A DNA stretch of 64,000 nt from an uncultured Bacilli bacterium (GTDB lineage: Bacteria; Bacillota_I; Bacilli_A; RF39; UBA660), in contig CAKPHY010000005.1 of assembly GCA_934162285.1 (NCBI GenBank), positions 529 to 64,528 of the forward strand, in the 5' to 3' direction. Below, piece after piece: positions 55,424-64,000 of this stretch. The notes under the pieces were generated by a model that saw only the letters and a list, made by a program, of their open reading frames with translations, was not told the DNA's origin and did no database searches. Both the position numbers and the translations under genes were made by a program. Within the stretch, counting starts at the first letter, position 1. Each line of letters opens with the position of its first letter.

Positions 55424-57130
55424 ATGAAAGGAGGAAAAAAATTGAAACTATTTGAAAAAAATAGTACTAAAATATTTGCATTAGGTGGATTATGTGAGAT
55501 CGGCAAAAACATGTATTGTGTTATGCACGATAATGAAATCGTTATAGTTGATGCTGGTGTTACGTTCCCAGAAGGTGACCTACTTGGAGTTGATTATATT
55601 ATTCCTGATTTTTCTTTTTTAAAAAAGAATGAAAGTAAAATCAAAGCATTATTTATTACTCACGGTCACGAAGATCATATTGGTGGCATTCCATTTTTAC
55701 TTCAAAGTATAAATATACCTGCTATATATGCCCCTAATCAAGCAGTCGGTTTAATTAAAAAGAAGTTAGAAGAAAAAGGTATTCAATATAAAAACTTATT
55801 TGTTTATACTCAAAATCAAAAAGTAAAATTTAAAAATATCACAGTCGAATTTTTTAGAACTACCCATTCAATCCCAGATTCACATGGAATTTATATTAAA
55901 ACTCCAAATGGATCGGTTGTTATGACTGGCGATTTTAAATTCGATTTAACTCCAATTGGACCAATGGCCAACTTACAAAAAATGGCTGAAATTGGAGCTA
56001 CTAACCCAACCATACTTTTAAGTGACTCTACTAATGCCTTGAATGAAGGTTTTGGAGCAAGTGAGTCCAAAGTTGATGAAGCTTTAGGTGAAATATTCTT
56101 AAAACATAAAGGAAGAATTATTATTGCAACATTTGCTTCTAACATTTATCGTTTGAAACATATTGTTGATACTTGTAAAAAGAATAAACGTAAAATTGCT
56201 ATTTTTGGTCGTAGTATGGAAACAAATATAGAAATTTCTATTCAAGGTGGTTATATTAACCATAAAGAAATCTTTGTTTCTGCTGAAGAAGCTAATAAAT
56301 TACCTGATCAAAATGTTTGTTTACTTTGTACAGGTACTCAAGGCGAACCTTTAGCTGCTTTAAGTAGAGTAGCTGATGGAACTCATAAACAAATCAAACT
56401 TCGTGATAATGACTTAGTTATTTTCTCATCTTCGACTATTCCTGGTAATGCTTTAAATATTTCAAGAACAATTAATAAACTTTATATGCGTGGCGTATCA
56501 GTTTATACTAATACATCTTTAAGTGATATTCATACATCAGGACATGGTAGCGAGGAAGAATTAAAACTTATGATTCGTCTTATTAATCCTAAATATTTCA
56601 TGCCATATCATGGTGAATATCGTATGTTAAAAAAGCACGCTAAGATTGCTGAAGATTGTGATATTCCTAAAAATAATACTTTTGTTTTAAAAAATGGCGA
56701 TGTTTTAATAATGAAAGATGAAAAAGTTGAATTATCTGATCAAACAATTCAAGCCAGCGATATTTATGTTGATGGTAATCGTATTGGTGATGTTAGAAGT
56801 TCAATTATTAAAGAACGCAAAGTGATGTCTAATGACGGAATTATAATTGTCATAACTAATTTAGACACTACTAACAATAAATTATTAAGTAAACCAATTA
56901 TTTCAACAAGAGGTTTTGTATTAGTAAATGAAAATGAAGTTTTATTAAATGAATTAGAAAATATAGCTTATCACGCTATAAATAGTAAATTAAATAAAAA
57001 TTTTAATTTTGCTGATATCAAAGCAGAAATTATTTCTGAATTAACACCATATGTATATGAAAAAACTGGTCGTAAACCAATTATTCTTCCAGTTATTATG
57101 GATGTTAAGAAAAAAGTTTTAGTACAATAA
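55424..57130 (+). CDS. rnj: Ribonuclease J
   Basis: IFALGGLCEIGKNMY, the metallo-beta-lactamase motif HGHEDHIGG, and beta-CASP and C-terminal domains are present. The true start may be the TTG at 55442, which lies 7 nt after AAAGGAGG. Confidence 0.9.
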   Translation: MKGGKKLKLFEKNSTKIFALGGLCEIGKNMYCVMHDNEIVIVDAGVTFPEGDLLGVDYIIPDFSFLKKNESKIKALFITHGHEDHIGGIPFLLQSINIPAIYAPNQAVGLIKKKLEEKGIQYKNLFVYTQNQKVKFKNITVEFFRTTHSIPDSHGIYIKTPNGSVVMTGDFKFDLTPIGPMANLQKMAEIGATNPTILLSDSTNALNEGFGASESKVDEALGEIFLKHKGRIIIATFASNIYRLKHIVDTCKKNKRKIAIFGRSMETNIEISIQGGYINHKEIFVSAEEANKLPDQNVCLLCTGTQGEPLAALSRVADGTHKQIKLRDNDLVIFSSSTIPGNALNISRTINKLYMRGVSVYTNTSLSDIHTSGHGSEEELKLMIRLINPKYFMPYHGEYRMLKKHAKIAEDCDIPKNNTFVLKNGDVLIMKDEKVELSDQTIQASDIYVDGNRIGDVRSSIIKERKVMSNDGIIIVITNLDTTNNKLLSKPIISTRGFVLVNENEVLLNELENIAYHAINSKLNKNFNFADIKAEIISELTPYVYEKTGRKPIILPVIMDVKKKVLVQ

Positions 57131-57158
57131 AAAAAATTCACTTTTTGGTGAATTTTTT
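57129..57158. terminator. Bidirectional terminator between convergent rnj and the ytxH-like gene
   Basis: An A-run, AATTCAC-tttttg-GTGAATT and a T-run are present. Confidence 0.6.
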
Positions 57159-57624
57159 ATTTGCTTTCTTTAGCTTTTTTAGGAGCTTTTTCTACTTCTT
57201 CAATTGGTGTTGCTTTTGTTGGTTCAGCTTTTTCTAATTTTGTAACAACATCTTTAGTTACAATTAAAGCTTTTTCACGAATTGAATTAGCTGTTCTTTC
57301 TAAAATAGGTGTACCCTTTTCAACAGCATAATCTACTAATTCTGTTGCTTTATCTTGAATTTCTTTAGCTTTAGTTTTAGCAATTTCTAAAACTTTTTCT
57401 TTATCTAATTCATCTAATTCTTTTTTAATTTCAGCTACTTTAGCTTCAATTTTAGCTTTTACTTCTTCAGAATCCATGTTTTTTACACGATTTACCATTT
57501 CATCTAATTTAGCTTTTAACTCTTTACGTGTTTCTTCTCCAGCTTTTGGAGCAAATAGAAAACCTAAACCCAAACCAATACCAACTCCTGTTAATAATTT
57601 TCCTACGCCATTTTTTTTACTCAT
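57157..57624 (-). CDS. YtxH-domain protein (general-stress-type)
   Basis: The ATG at 57624 gives MSKKNGVGKLLTGVGIGLGLGFLFAPKAGEETRKELK, a YtxH signature, followed by a coiled K/E-rich region. There is an 8-nt overlap with the upstream gene. Confidence 0.7.
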   Translation of the reverse strand: MSKKNGVGKLLTGVGIGLGLGFLFAPKAGEETRKELKAKLDEMVNRVKNMDSEEVKAKIEAKVAEIKKELDELDKEKVLEIAKTKAKEIQDKATELVDYAVEKGTPILERTANSIREKALIVTKDVVTKLEKAEPTKATPIEEVEKAPKKAKESK

Positions 57625-57904
57625 CTTCGTCTTCTCCTTCTTTCTTTTTATCTTTTTTAGAAAATAAACTGCTAATAACATTAGTTACTTTATCAACAAG
57701 TTTATCACTTAATAAAGATAAATAATCTGTTGTCGTATCAATAATGTTAAAAACGCCGTTTAATTTTTCAACTTTAGTATTTACTTCATCAAGAGTTTTA
57801 TTTATTCTTGATAAAGTTCCAAACAACTTAATGATGAAAACAATCATCACTATTAATAGTATAGCAATTAAACTATAAATTATGATCAATAATACTTCTG
57901 ACAT
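57617..57904 (-). CDS. DUF948 (YtxG-like) membrane protein
   Basis: An N-terminal TM (LLIIIYSLIAILLIVMIVFII) is followed by LSRINKTLDEVNTKVEKLN, which is DUF948-like. An AGGAGA RBS is present. Confidence 0.6.
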   Translation of the reverse strand: MSEVLLIIIYSLIAILLIVMIVFIIKLFGTLSRINKTLDEVNTKVEKLNGVFNIIDTTTDYLSLLSDKLVDKVTNVISSLFSKKDKKKEGEDEDE

Positions 57905-57906
57905 TT

Positions 57907-58692
57907 TTATTCATCTCCTGATTCTTTTTTCTCATACATGGAATCGATCAAATTAAACAAATCACTTTCAATAAGATCATCTTTATTATTAACTTTTTCT
58001 AAATCTTCTTTATTTTTGCTTTCATATTTAGATATTGCTTCTTCTAGTGTCATGTTACTATTAAAAAACATATCTTCAATATCTTCTTCTTTAGAATTTT
58101 TAACTGCTTCATCTTCTAAAGCTTTCTTTTCTTTAGGAGTAACCGTTTGAGCAATATCTTCATATTTATTTACTTCGACTTTTGTTAAAGTATTTTCTAA
58201 TTCATCTTCTAAAGTACCAAATGCTTTTTTTCTTATATCTTCAAAAGCAATAGCTTCATCACTACCTTTATAGTTAAAATAATCTTCGCGACTAGTGCTT
58301 GGTCTTTTAGCAACAATATCTTCTTTTTTATAGTTTTTATCAAGAACACCATATACTGGAGAAATGACTGGTGATGGCTTAAAAGTCTTTTTAACTTCTG
58401 GGTTCTTCACTGGTGCAATTTTCTTCTCGGGCATTACTGGCTTTACTTTTTCTTTCTTTGGTTCATCATCAAAATCAGCATCATCAAAGTAAACAGGAAA
58501 AACAAACTTTTCTTCACGTTTAGTAGGTTCTTCTTTTTTTATTGGTTCTTTTTTTAATTCTTCTTCAATATCTTCTTTTTCTTCTATCTTTGGAGCTGGT
58601 ATTTCAACTTGAAAAACTTCTTTTTTTATTGGTTCATTTTCTTCGACTTCTTCTTCAGTAAACATATTTTTTAGTTTATCTAATAAGCCCAT
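57907..58692 (-). CDS. Acidic K/E-rich protein with an N-terminal amphipathic helix, unknown function
   Basis: The ATG at 58692 follows a GAGGAG RBS and gives MGLLDKLKNMFTEEE. The protein is highly charged, low-complexity and disordered-looking, with a short SPVYGVL motif. Confidence 0.5.
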   Translation of the reverse strand: MGLLDKLKNMFTEEEVEENEPIKKEVFQVEIPAPKIEEKEDIEEELKKEPIKKEEPTKREEKFVFPVYFDDADFDDEPKKEKVKPVMPEKKIAPVKNPEVKKTFKPSPVISPVYGVLDKNYKKEDIVAKRPSTSREDYFNYKGSDEAIAFEDIRKKAFGTLEDELENTLTKVEVNKYEDIAQTVTPKEKKALEDEAVKNSKEEDIEDMFFNSNMTLEEAISKYESKNKEDLEKVNNKDDLIESDLFNLIDSMYEKKESGDE

Positions 58693-58696
58693 TTTA

Positions 58697-59314
58697 TCAC
58701 TCCTCGTCATCTATGATCTCATTATACTCAAGTTCAAAACTATTTGAAGTACTTGTTGACTTAAATATATCATATCTTTCTTCTTTATTCACGAAATAGT
58801 CTTCATCTAATATTAATTTTATCACATTATCATTGTATTTTATCGTCGATAATATGTATGAAGAGTTTAAAACTACTTCATTTATATTTTCTTTAGTAAC
58901 CAATGCTTCAATTTTAGCATAATTATACATAAATTCAATTAAATAATATTTATCATCCATTTTAGTTATTTCTAAATAACCTTTTTTATTATTTTGGTTT
59001 ATAAATTTAGAATAATAAACATCTTTTTTCTCAGTATATTCAAAATCTTTTTTATAATAATAACTAATAACATCTAGATATAAATAATAATAGTCGCCAT
59101 TGCAATACAATTTTTCATTAAAGTCACTACTATCAATATTAACAACACCTCTAGGTAAATAATATTTATACCCTTTACCATTAATGTTAGCTAAAGTATT
59201 ATCTTTTGATAGAACAACGCCAACTATATTATCTATACTTTTTGTATCTATTCTTACGACAGTACATCCTGTTAAAAATGTTAAAATTAATAACATCATT
59301 AGTACTTTTTTCAT
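58697..59314 (-). CDS. Lipoprotein, unknown function
   Basis: The signal peptide plus lipobox reads MKKVLMMLLILTFLTGC. The mature domain is Y/N/K-rich. Confidence 0.65.
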   Translation of the reverse strand: MKKVLMMLLILTFLTGCTVVRIDTKSIDNIVGVVLSKDNTLANINGKGYKYYLPRGVVNIDSSDFNEKLYCNGDYYYLYLDVISYYYKKDFEYTEKKDVYYSKFINQNNKKGYLEITKMDDKYYLIEFMYNYAKIEALVTKENINEVVLNSSYILSTIKYNDNVIKLILDEDYFVNKEERYDIFKSTSTSNSFELEYNEIIDDEE

Positions 59315-59394
59315 AATTCACCACACTTAATATAAGTATACCAAAAAAATGGTATTTTACAAAATTTTTTAAAACTTTACAGTAAAGTTGTTGT

Positions 59395-60030
59395 CTAATC
59401 ACAAGAAAATAAGGCTCTATAAATAATTTTACCCATTTTTACAAACTTAGTCTCATATTCAGTAGCAACATTATCTTCATGATCATCTTCATATAAATTT
59501 AAGCTCAATTCCTTAATTTTATAACCATAATCAACTAAACTCCTTAAAGAATATTCAAATAATTTGCGATTATCTGTTTTCATTTGAATTTCCTTGCCCA
59601 TTTTAAAAATATGATCATATTTTTTTAAAAATACTGGGCTTGTTAAACGTCTTTTAGCATGTCTTTCTTTAGGCCATGGATCAGAGAAATTCAAATATAT
59701 TTTGGAAATATTTTTATTTAATATTTTATCAATTTCCATAGCGTCTTCTCTTATAAAATATATATTTGATAATTCTAACTCATCAATTTTTTCAATTGCT
59801 CTTACTAACACACTATCATATTTTTCAATTCCTAAAAAATTAATATTAGGATTTCTTCTAGCCATTTCAATTAGAAAATCACCTTTTCCTGTACCAATTT
59901 CTAATTGAATATCATTATTATTTCCAAATAATTTTTGTAAATCTAAATTAATTGGTTCAATAATTATATATTTAGATTTATTAATTCTTTCTTTAGCACC
60001 TTTAACATTTTTTAAGCGCATTTTCATCAC
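59395..60030 (-). CDS. trmB: tRNA (guanine-N7)-methyltransferase
   Basis: The SAM-binding EIGTGKGDF, the NFSDPWPK motif and HAKRRL are present. The start is ambiguous (GTG 60030, ATG 60027 or ATG 60021). Confidence 0.9.
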   Translation of the reverse strand: MMKMRLKNVKGAKERINKSKYIIIEPINLDLQKLFGNNNDIQLEIGTGKGDFLIEMARRNPNINFLGIEKYDSVLVRAIEKIDELELSNIYFIREDAMEIDKILNKNISKIYLNFSDPWPKERHAKRRLTSPVFLKKYDHIFKMGKEIQMKTDNRKLFEYSLRSLVDYGYKIKELSLNLYEDDHEDNVATEYETKFVKMGKIIYRALFSCD

Positions 60031-60100
60031 CGTTTATAATTATACACCAAAATTATTTAATTGCATATAATTAGAGTGAAATATAAAAAGGAGTGTGCAT

Positions 60101-60334
60101 ATGAAAAAGGATCGTAATTGTGGAGGAAATATGATGATGGGACAAATGTATCAGCAACCAATAATGCCTGTTGCCCCTGTAATGCCAATGAATTATAACA
60201 ACAATTATACTAATTATAATCAAAGTATAGATCAAAGACTTGATAATATTGAAAAAAGATTATCAATAATTGAGGCTAATTTGAATCAATCAATAAATAC
60301 AGGATTTAATGGTGCTAATTATCAAATTCTTTAA
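60101..60334 (+). CDS. Small Q/N/M/P-rich protein with a C-terminal helical segment, unknown
   Basis: The ATG at 60101 lies 7 nt after AAAGGAG. The sequence is MKKDRNCGGNMMMGQMYQQPIMPVAPVMPMNYNNNYTNYNQSIDQRLDNIEKRLSIIEANL... A clean terminator follows. Confidence 0.5.
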   Translation: MKKDRNCGGNMMMGQMYQQPIMPVAPVMPMNYNNNYTNYNQSIDQRLDNIEKRLSIIEANLNQSINTGFNGANYQIL

Positions 60335-60357
60335 ATAAGCTTATGCTTATTTTTTTA
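60335..60357 (+). terminator. Rho-independent terminator
   Basis: ATAAGC-ttat-GCTTAT is followed by TTTTTTT. Confidence 0.7.
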
Positions 60358-60359
60358 TG

Positions 60360-60382
60360 AAAAACAAGGTCAAAGACCTTGT
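60360..60382 (-). terminator. Terminator of the pilin-like gene
   Basis: On the minus strand, ACAAGGTC-ttt-GACCTTGT is followed by TTTTTC. It abuts the stop codon. Confidence 0.7.
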
Positions 60383-62490
60383 TATGAAGCTTTACTATAT
60401 TCACAATAATTTATATTATTATTAATATCTTTAATGTAAGCTCTATAGAAATTAGAAGTTGTTATTTGAGTTTGGTTATTCAAAGACCAATTTTCTCCAT
60501 CCCAAGAATAAGGTAAACTATTTAATGATTTAAACTGAGAATTAATTAATAATTGATCATTATTAACAGTTATATAACATGTAATAGCATCAGGATCATA
60601 ATTAATTGTATCTGACACTCCTGAAACTGAAATATTTCCAGCTAAATCTTTAAAATAAGCATACACTGTATAATTACCTTTTTTATTTGGTAAAGTATAA
60701 CTTGTTAAACGTGAGTAATCAATCCAATTACAATTAGTAGATGATTCTTCCAAGGATAAACAATAATAACCTCGATCTAAATCCGATGATAAAGATACAA
60801 CAATGATATTTCTCTCAGTTATATTAGCTCGATAGTTAATTGTTATTGAATTATTAATTGGTGGTGTATTATCAATTATTAAACTATCAGCAATTGTTAT
60901 ACGATCATTATAGTTACCAGCTTTATCACTTATAACATTAGGATTTAAATAAACTGTTACCTTACCGTCTCCAGCTTGAGCTTTAATTCGAATAACAGCA
61001 CCATTACCAGTATCTTCAATAACTTCAGCAGTTGCCAAGTCACTTGTAAGAGCCAAGTCAGATGTCGTTATATGATATTCACCAATCGCCATTGCATCAG
61101 CACAATTAATTGTATAATCAACATAACTATCTTTATTTAAAGCTTGTTTATTAATGACTGGTTTAACTAAACAATATGGTTTAATTTGGTCAAGTTTTAT
61201 TGAAGCTGTTACTTGATTGGTATTACCTGCCATATCTTTAAAAGTAACATAGACATTTTTATCGCCATCACCACTAGATAATACCCAATCGTATGTTTCT
61301 TGTAATTTTCTATAGTTGGTACAATTATTTTCAATGTTACTTATACAAACAGATTCAACAGGAGATCCTGTATCAGTATCAACCTTAACTTTTAGAGTAA
61401 CATGGCTATTATTAGTATAAAGATTGTCTTTAATATCACCAGATAAAGTTACTGTTCCTGTTGGCTTTATATTATCTATTTTAATCGTACTACTTCTTAC
61501 TGGTGAATTTAACATATTACCAGAGTTATCTGTAATAAATGAGTCTATTTCTAAATAAACATCACCATTACCATCTAATCCTGTAATTACAAATTTAAAT
61601 TGTTTGTTATTGCCATTTTCAGTTACAATGGCATCACTTAAAGATATCAAATTATTAGAAATTTTAATTTGGTTTGCTGATAATTCTAAATTGCTTATTC
61701 CTGAAACATCACTACAATTTAAAGTTATTTCTGCTATTGAATTATTATTTAAAGCCGTTTTTGTTGGTGATAACCAATTACATGATGGTGCTTCAATATC
61801 ATAATTAATGGTATCATTAATTGTAGCAATAATATTACGATTAGCATTTCTGATAAATAAGTGAGCAATATTTACACCACTTACAAGATTAATATTTCCT
61901 TCAGCACTATTTTTAGTCATACTTAGTTTTTGCCAAGTACAACTAGCTTCATTACCAAGTGTTACACAATATTCAGCATTAATTGATGAAGTGTAGTTTA
62001 AATAATATTTAACAGAACTTTTATTAGTAAAATTAACTTTATTATTGCTATCTTTTAGTTTAAAACTACTTACAACGACTTTTTCTGATTCTGAACCAAT
62101 TATACAAGATTCAACTTCGGGACAAGTATCGTTATATTCGTATAAAAATTTTGAATAAGAATCGTCCCATTTAACAACTACACAACTATTCAAAATGGTA
62201 TTATCTTCAAGATTTTTAAGATCTTTATTAGAAATATAACCAAATTTTTTCATTTGATCTAAAGTTATTTTTACTCCTTTTTCTTCATTAGATGCTTTAG
62301 TTAAACACGATTTATTATTAAGAGTTATATTTTTAGCTGTTTCAACGATGCGCGATTTTTGTTCTTCGTTTAGTTTTTTGCGATTTTCTTTAATTATTTG
62401 GCTAAATTGAACAGTTACAATTGAAGCAAGAATCCCCATGATAATTAATACACCAATCATTTCAACAAGCGTAAATCCCTTTTTATTCAT
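60382..62490 (-). CDS. Large modular type IV pilin-like protein: a prepilin-type N-terminal cleavage/methylation domain plus Ig-like modules
   Basis: MNKKGFTLVEMIGVLIIMGILASI is a class III signal (KG/FTLVE). The following ~670 aa carry repeated module ends of the type ...GNxx...D(I/N)xxP (DIEAPSC, IDNIKPTG, KDMAGNTNQVTASIKLDQIKP, IIDNTPP, KDLAGNISVSG). A GGTGAG RBS is present. Confidence 0.75.
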   Translation of the reverse strand: MNKKGFTLVEMIGVLIIMGILASIVTVQFSQIIKENRKKLNEEQKSRIVETAKNITLNNKSCLTKASNEEKGVKITLDQMKKFGYISNKDLKNLEDNTILNSCVVVKWDDSYSKFLYEYNDTCPEVESCIIGSESEKVVVSSFKLKDSNNKVNFTNKSSVKYYLNYTSSINAEYCVTLGNEASCTWQKLSMTKNSAEGNINLVSGVNIAHLFIRNANRNIIATINDTINYDIEAPSCNWLSPTKTALNNNSIAEITLNCSDVSGISNLELSANQIKISNNLISLSDAIVTENGNNKQFKFVITGLDGNGDVYLEIDSFITDNSGNMLNSPVRSSTIKIDNIKPTGTVTLSGDIKDNLYTNNSHVTLKVKVDTDTGSPVESVCISNIENNCTNYRKLQETYDWVLSSGDGDKNVYVTFKDMAGNTNQVTASIKLDQIKPYCLVKPVINKQALNKDSYVDYTINCADAMAIGEYHITTSDLALTSDLATAEVIEDTGNGAVIRIKAQAGDGKVTVYLNPNVISDKAGNYNDRITIADSLIIDNTPPINNSITINYRANITERNIIVVSLSSDLDRGYYCLSLEESSTNCNWIDYSRLTSYTLPNKKGNYTVYAYFKDLAGNISVSGVSDTINYDPDAITCYITVNNDQLLINSQFKSLNSLPYSWDGENWSLNNQTQITTSNFYRAYIKDINNNINYCEYSKAS

Positions 62491-62505
62491 ATTCTCACCA
62501 TTTTA

Positions 62506-62534
62506 ATTATAAAGGTTTTAAGAATTTTTTTCAA
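62506..62534 (-). promoter_or_regulatory. Sigma-A-type promoter for the pilin-like gene
   Basis: On the minus strand, TTGAAA (62534-62529), a 17-nt spacer and TATAAT (62511-62506) are present. This implies a very short leader before the RBS. Confidence 0.4.
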
Positions 62535-62562
62535 TAAAAAAGAAGCATTTTATTTTGCTTCT
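62535..62562 (-). terminator. Terminator of rny
   Basis: On the minus strand, AGAAGCA-aaataaaa-TGCTTCT is followed by TTTTTATTG. The stop codon lies in the loop. Confidence 0.6.
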
Positions 62563-64000
62563 TCTGTTGCTCTAGTTTCTCTTATAACAGTTACTTTTAT
62601 TGTTCCTGGATATTGTAATTGCTCTTCAATTTTTTCTTTAATTTCACGAGCAACTTTGAAACTACCTAAGTCATCTATTACTTCAGGTTTTACAATAACT
62701 CTTATTTCACGGCCAGCTTGAACAGCATAAGTTTTATCAACGCCTTCAATATTAGTAGCTATTTTTTCTAAGTCTTGTAAACGTTTAACATAATTTTCTA
62801 AAGAATCATTTCTCGCACCTGGTCGTGATGCTGATAAAGCATCAGCAATCGCAACTATTGTTGAAATAACACTTGTAGCTTCAACATCACCATGATGAGA
62901 TTCGATAGCATTGATAACTTCTTTGCTTTCTTTATACTTTCTAGCAAGCTCGGCACCTATTTCTACATGAGAACCTTCAACTTCATGATCAACAGCTTTA
63001 CCTATATCATGAAATAATCCTGCTCGTTTAGCAAGCATAACATTCTCACCTAATTCACCAGCGATTAAACCTGACAAATTAGCCACTTCAATTGAATGTT
63101 GTAAAGCATTTTGACCATAACTAGTTCTAAAATATAATTTACCTAAAATTTCTACTAAATCAGAATCAACTTTAGTAATTCCTAGTTCAAATAAAGCTGT
63201 TTCTCCAAGATCACGTATCTTAACTTTCATATCTTTTACGGTTTTATCATATAATTCTTCAATTCGTGTTGGATGAATTCTTCCATCTTTAATTAAACTT
63301 TCAATAGTAATACGAGCAACTTCACGACGATATGGGTCAAATGATGAAAGTACAATAGCTTCTGGGGTATCATCAATAATTAAATCGACACCAGTAACAG
63401 ATTCTAAAGTACGAATATTTCGTCCTTCACGACCAATTATACGACCTTTCATTTCATCATTAGGCAAGTTAACAACAGTAATTGTTTGTTCATTGGCAAC
63501 CTCACTAGCATATTTTTGCATAGCACCAACTAATAATTCTTTTGATTTTTTATCAGCTTCTAGTTTAGCTTCTGTTTCACGTTCATGAATGTAGTTTACA
63601 ATTTCTAAGTTCATCATATCTTCAACTTTTTTCATAACCATATCACGTGCTTGATTTTTAGTAAATCCCGCAATTTTTTCAAGTAAATCTACTTGTTCTT
63701 TTTTAATCCCCTCAATTTTTACTTGCTCAGCTTGTATTTCGTTTTGTTTTTCAATTAAATTTTGTTCTTTTTGTTCTAATTGATTTTCACGGTTTTGGAT
63801 AGTTTGATCACGACGATCAATATTATTTTCGCGAACTAATAAACGATCTTCTGCTTCTTTAACTTCGTTTTTTCTCTCCTTTATATCCTTTTCCGCTTCT
63901 AATTTCAATTTATAAGCTTCTTCTTTAGCTTCTGCTATATAATCTCTTTTAAGTTTATCAGCATCTTTTTGAGCTTTATCAAGTAATGACTCAGCTTTTT
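62550..64000 (-). CDS. rny: Ribonuclease Y, partial; the N-terminus lies beyond the window
   Basis: A KH domain ([26 protein letters not shown]) and an HD domain ([10 protein letters not shown]...FHDIGKA) are present. The frame stays open to position 64000, reading ...[38 protein letters not shown]. Confidence 0.95.
   Translation of the reverse strand, partial: KAESLLDKAQKDADKLKRDYIAEAKEEAYKLKLEAEKDIKERKNEVKEAEDRLLVRENNIDRRDQTIQNRENQLEQKEQNLIEKQNEIQAEQVKIEGIKKEQVDLLEKIAGFTKNQARDMVMKKVEDMMNLEIVNYIHERETEAKLEADKKSKELLVGAMQKYASEVANEQTITVVNLPNDEMKGRIIGREGRNIRTLESVTGVDLIIDDTPEAIVLSSFDPYRREVARITIESLIKDGRIHPTRIEELYDKTVKDMKVKIRDLGETALFELGITKVDSDLVEILGKLYFRTSYGQNALQHSIEVANLSGLIAGELGENVMLAKRAGLFHDIGKAVDHEVEGSHVEIGAELARKYKESKEVINAIESHHGDVEATSVISTIVAIADALSASRPGARNDSLENYVKRLQDLEKIATNIEGVDKTYAVQAGREIRVIVKPEVIDDLGSFKVAREIKEKIEEQLQYPGTIKVTVIRETRATEEAK

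Noticed and set aside
45756-61804. Further embedded ORFs from the track: 45756-45974, 48745-49020, 50438-50683, 55891-56145, 57476-57667, 57528-57725, 57938-58150, 59702-59908 and 61604-61804.
   Set aside because: The reasoning is the same. They are antisense shadows of uvrC, alaS, the AI-2E transporter, rnj, ytxH/DUF948, the acidic protein, trmB and the pilin gene.
1-64000. Possibility of Mollicutes genetic code 4 (TGA = Trp), given the AT-richness and DUF285 proteins.
   Set aside because: Long ORFs are intact under the standard code and Trp positions are TGG. TGA is used as a genuine stop, for example in the ATGA stop/start overlap at 51995-51998. Sporulation genes also argue against a Mollicute.

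Overview
This is a very AT-rich, low-GC Bacillota-type chromosome segment, by eye roughly 25-30% G+C. It uses the standard genetic code: TGA acts as a stop and Trp is TGG. Nearly all genes are tightly packed on the minus strand; only a TetR regulator, RNase J and a 77-aa ORF are on the plus strand.

The backbone is housekeeping. It comprises an RNHCP-ruvA-ruvB-X-queA-miaA operon, priA-fmt, secG, two M16 peptidases, deoD, uvrC, a short alaS, ftsY-ylxM, rnj, trmB and rny. Endospore genes (spoIVA, a spoVIF-like gene) and an hsp20 with a CIRCE-like operator are also present. DUF285/BspA repeats together with sporulation genes suggest an Erysipelotrichia- or Clostridia-like spore former. That is a guess, not a search result.

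Several accessory modules are interleaved with this backbone:
1. An operon with an MMPL transporter, an LRR/transglutaminase-like protein and an HD-domain protein, next to a divergent TetR gene.
2. Four paralogous Flg_new/BspA(DUF285) surface-protein genes with exchanged cassettes. A 477-bp internally deleted IS3-family element lies between two of them.
3. A Tad-type (CpaF/TadZ/TadB/TadC/TadE) operon with no Flp pilin or prepilin peptidase gene. Its TadB carries an N-terminal DUF5011-like Ig module.
4. An FtsEX-like ABC module with three FtsX permeases, followed by a membrane-anchored Ig + papain-fold peptidase protein.
5. A HerA-like ATPase translationally coupled to a Cys-rich membrane-anchored protein, located where ffh normally follows ylxM.
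6. An orphan 702-aa modular type IV pilin.
7. A 600-bp gene-free interval with a consensus promoter and GC-enriched structured-RNA candidates.

No rRNA, tRNA or CRISPR array was seen. All functional calls come from motif recognition by eye; no database search was run.
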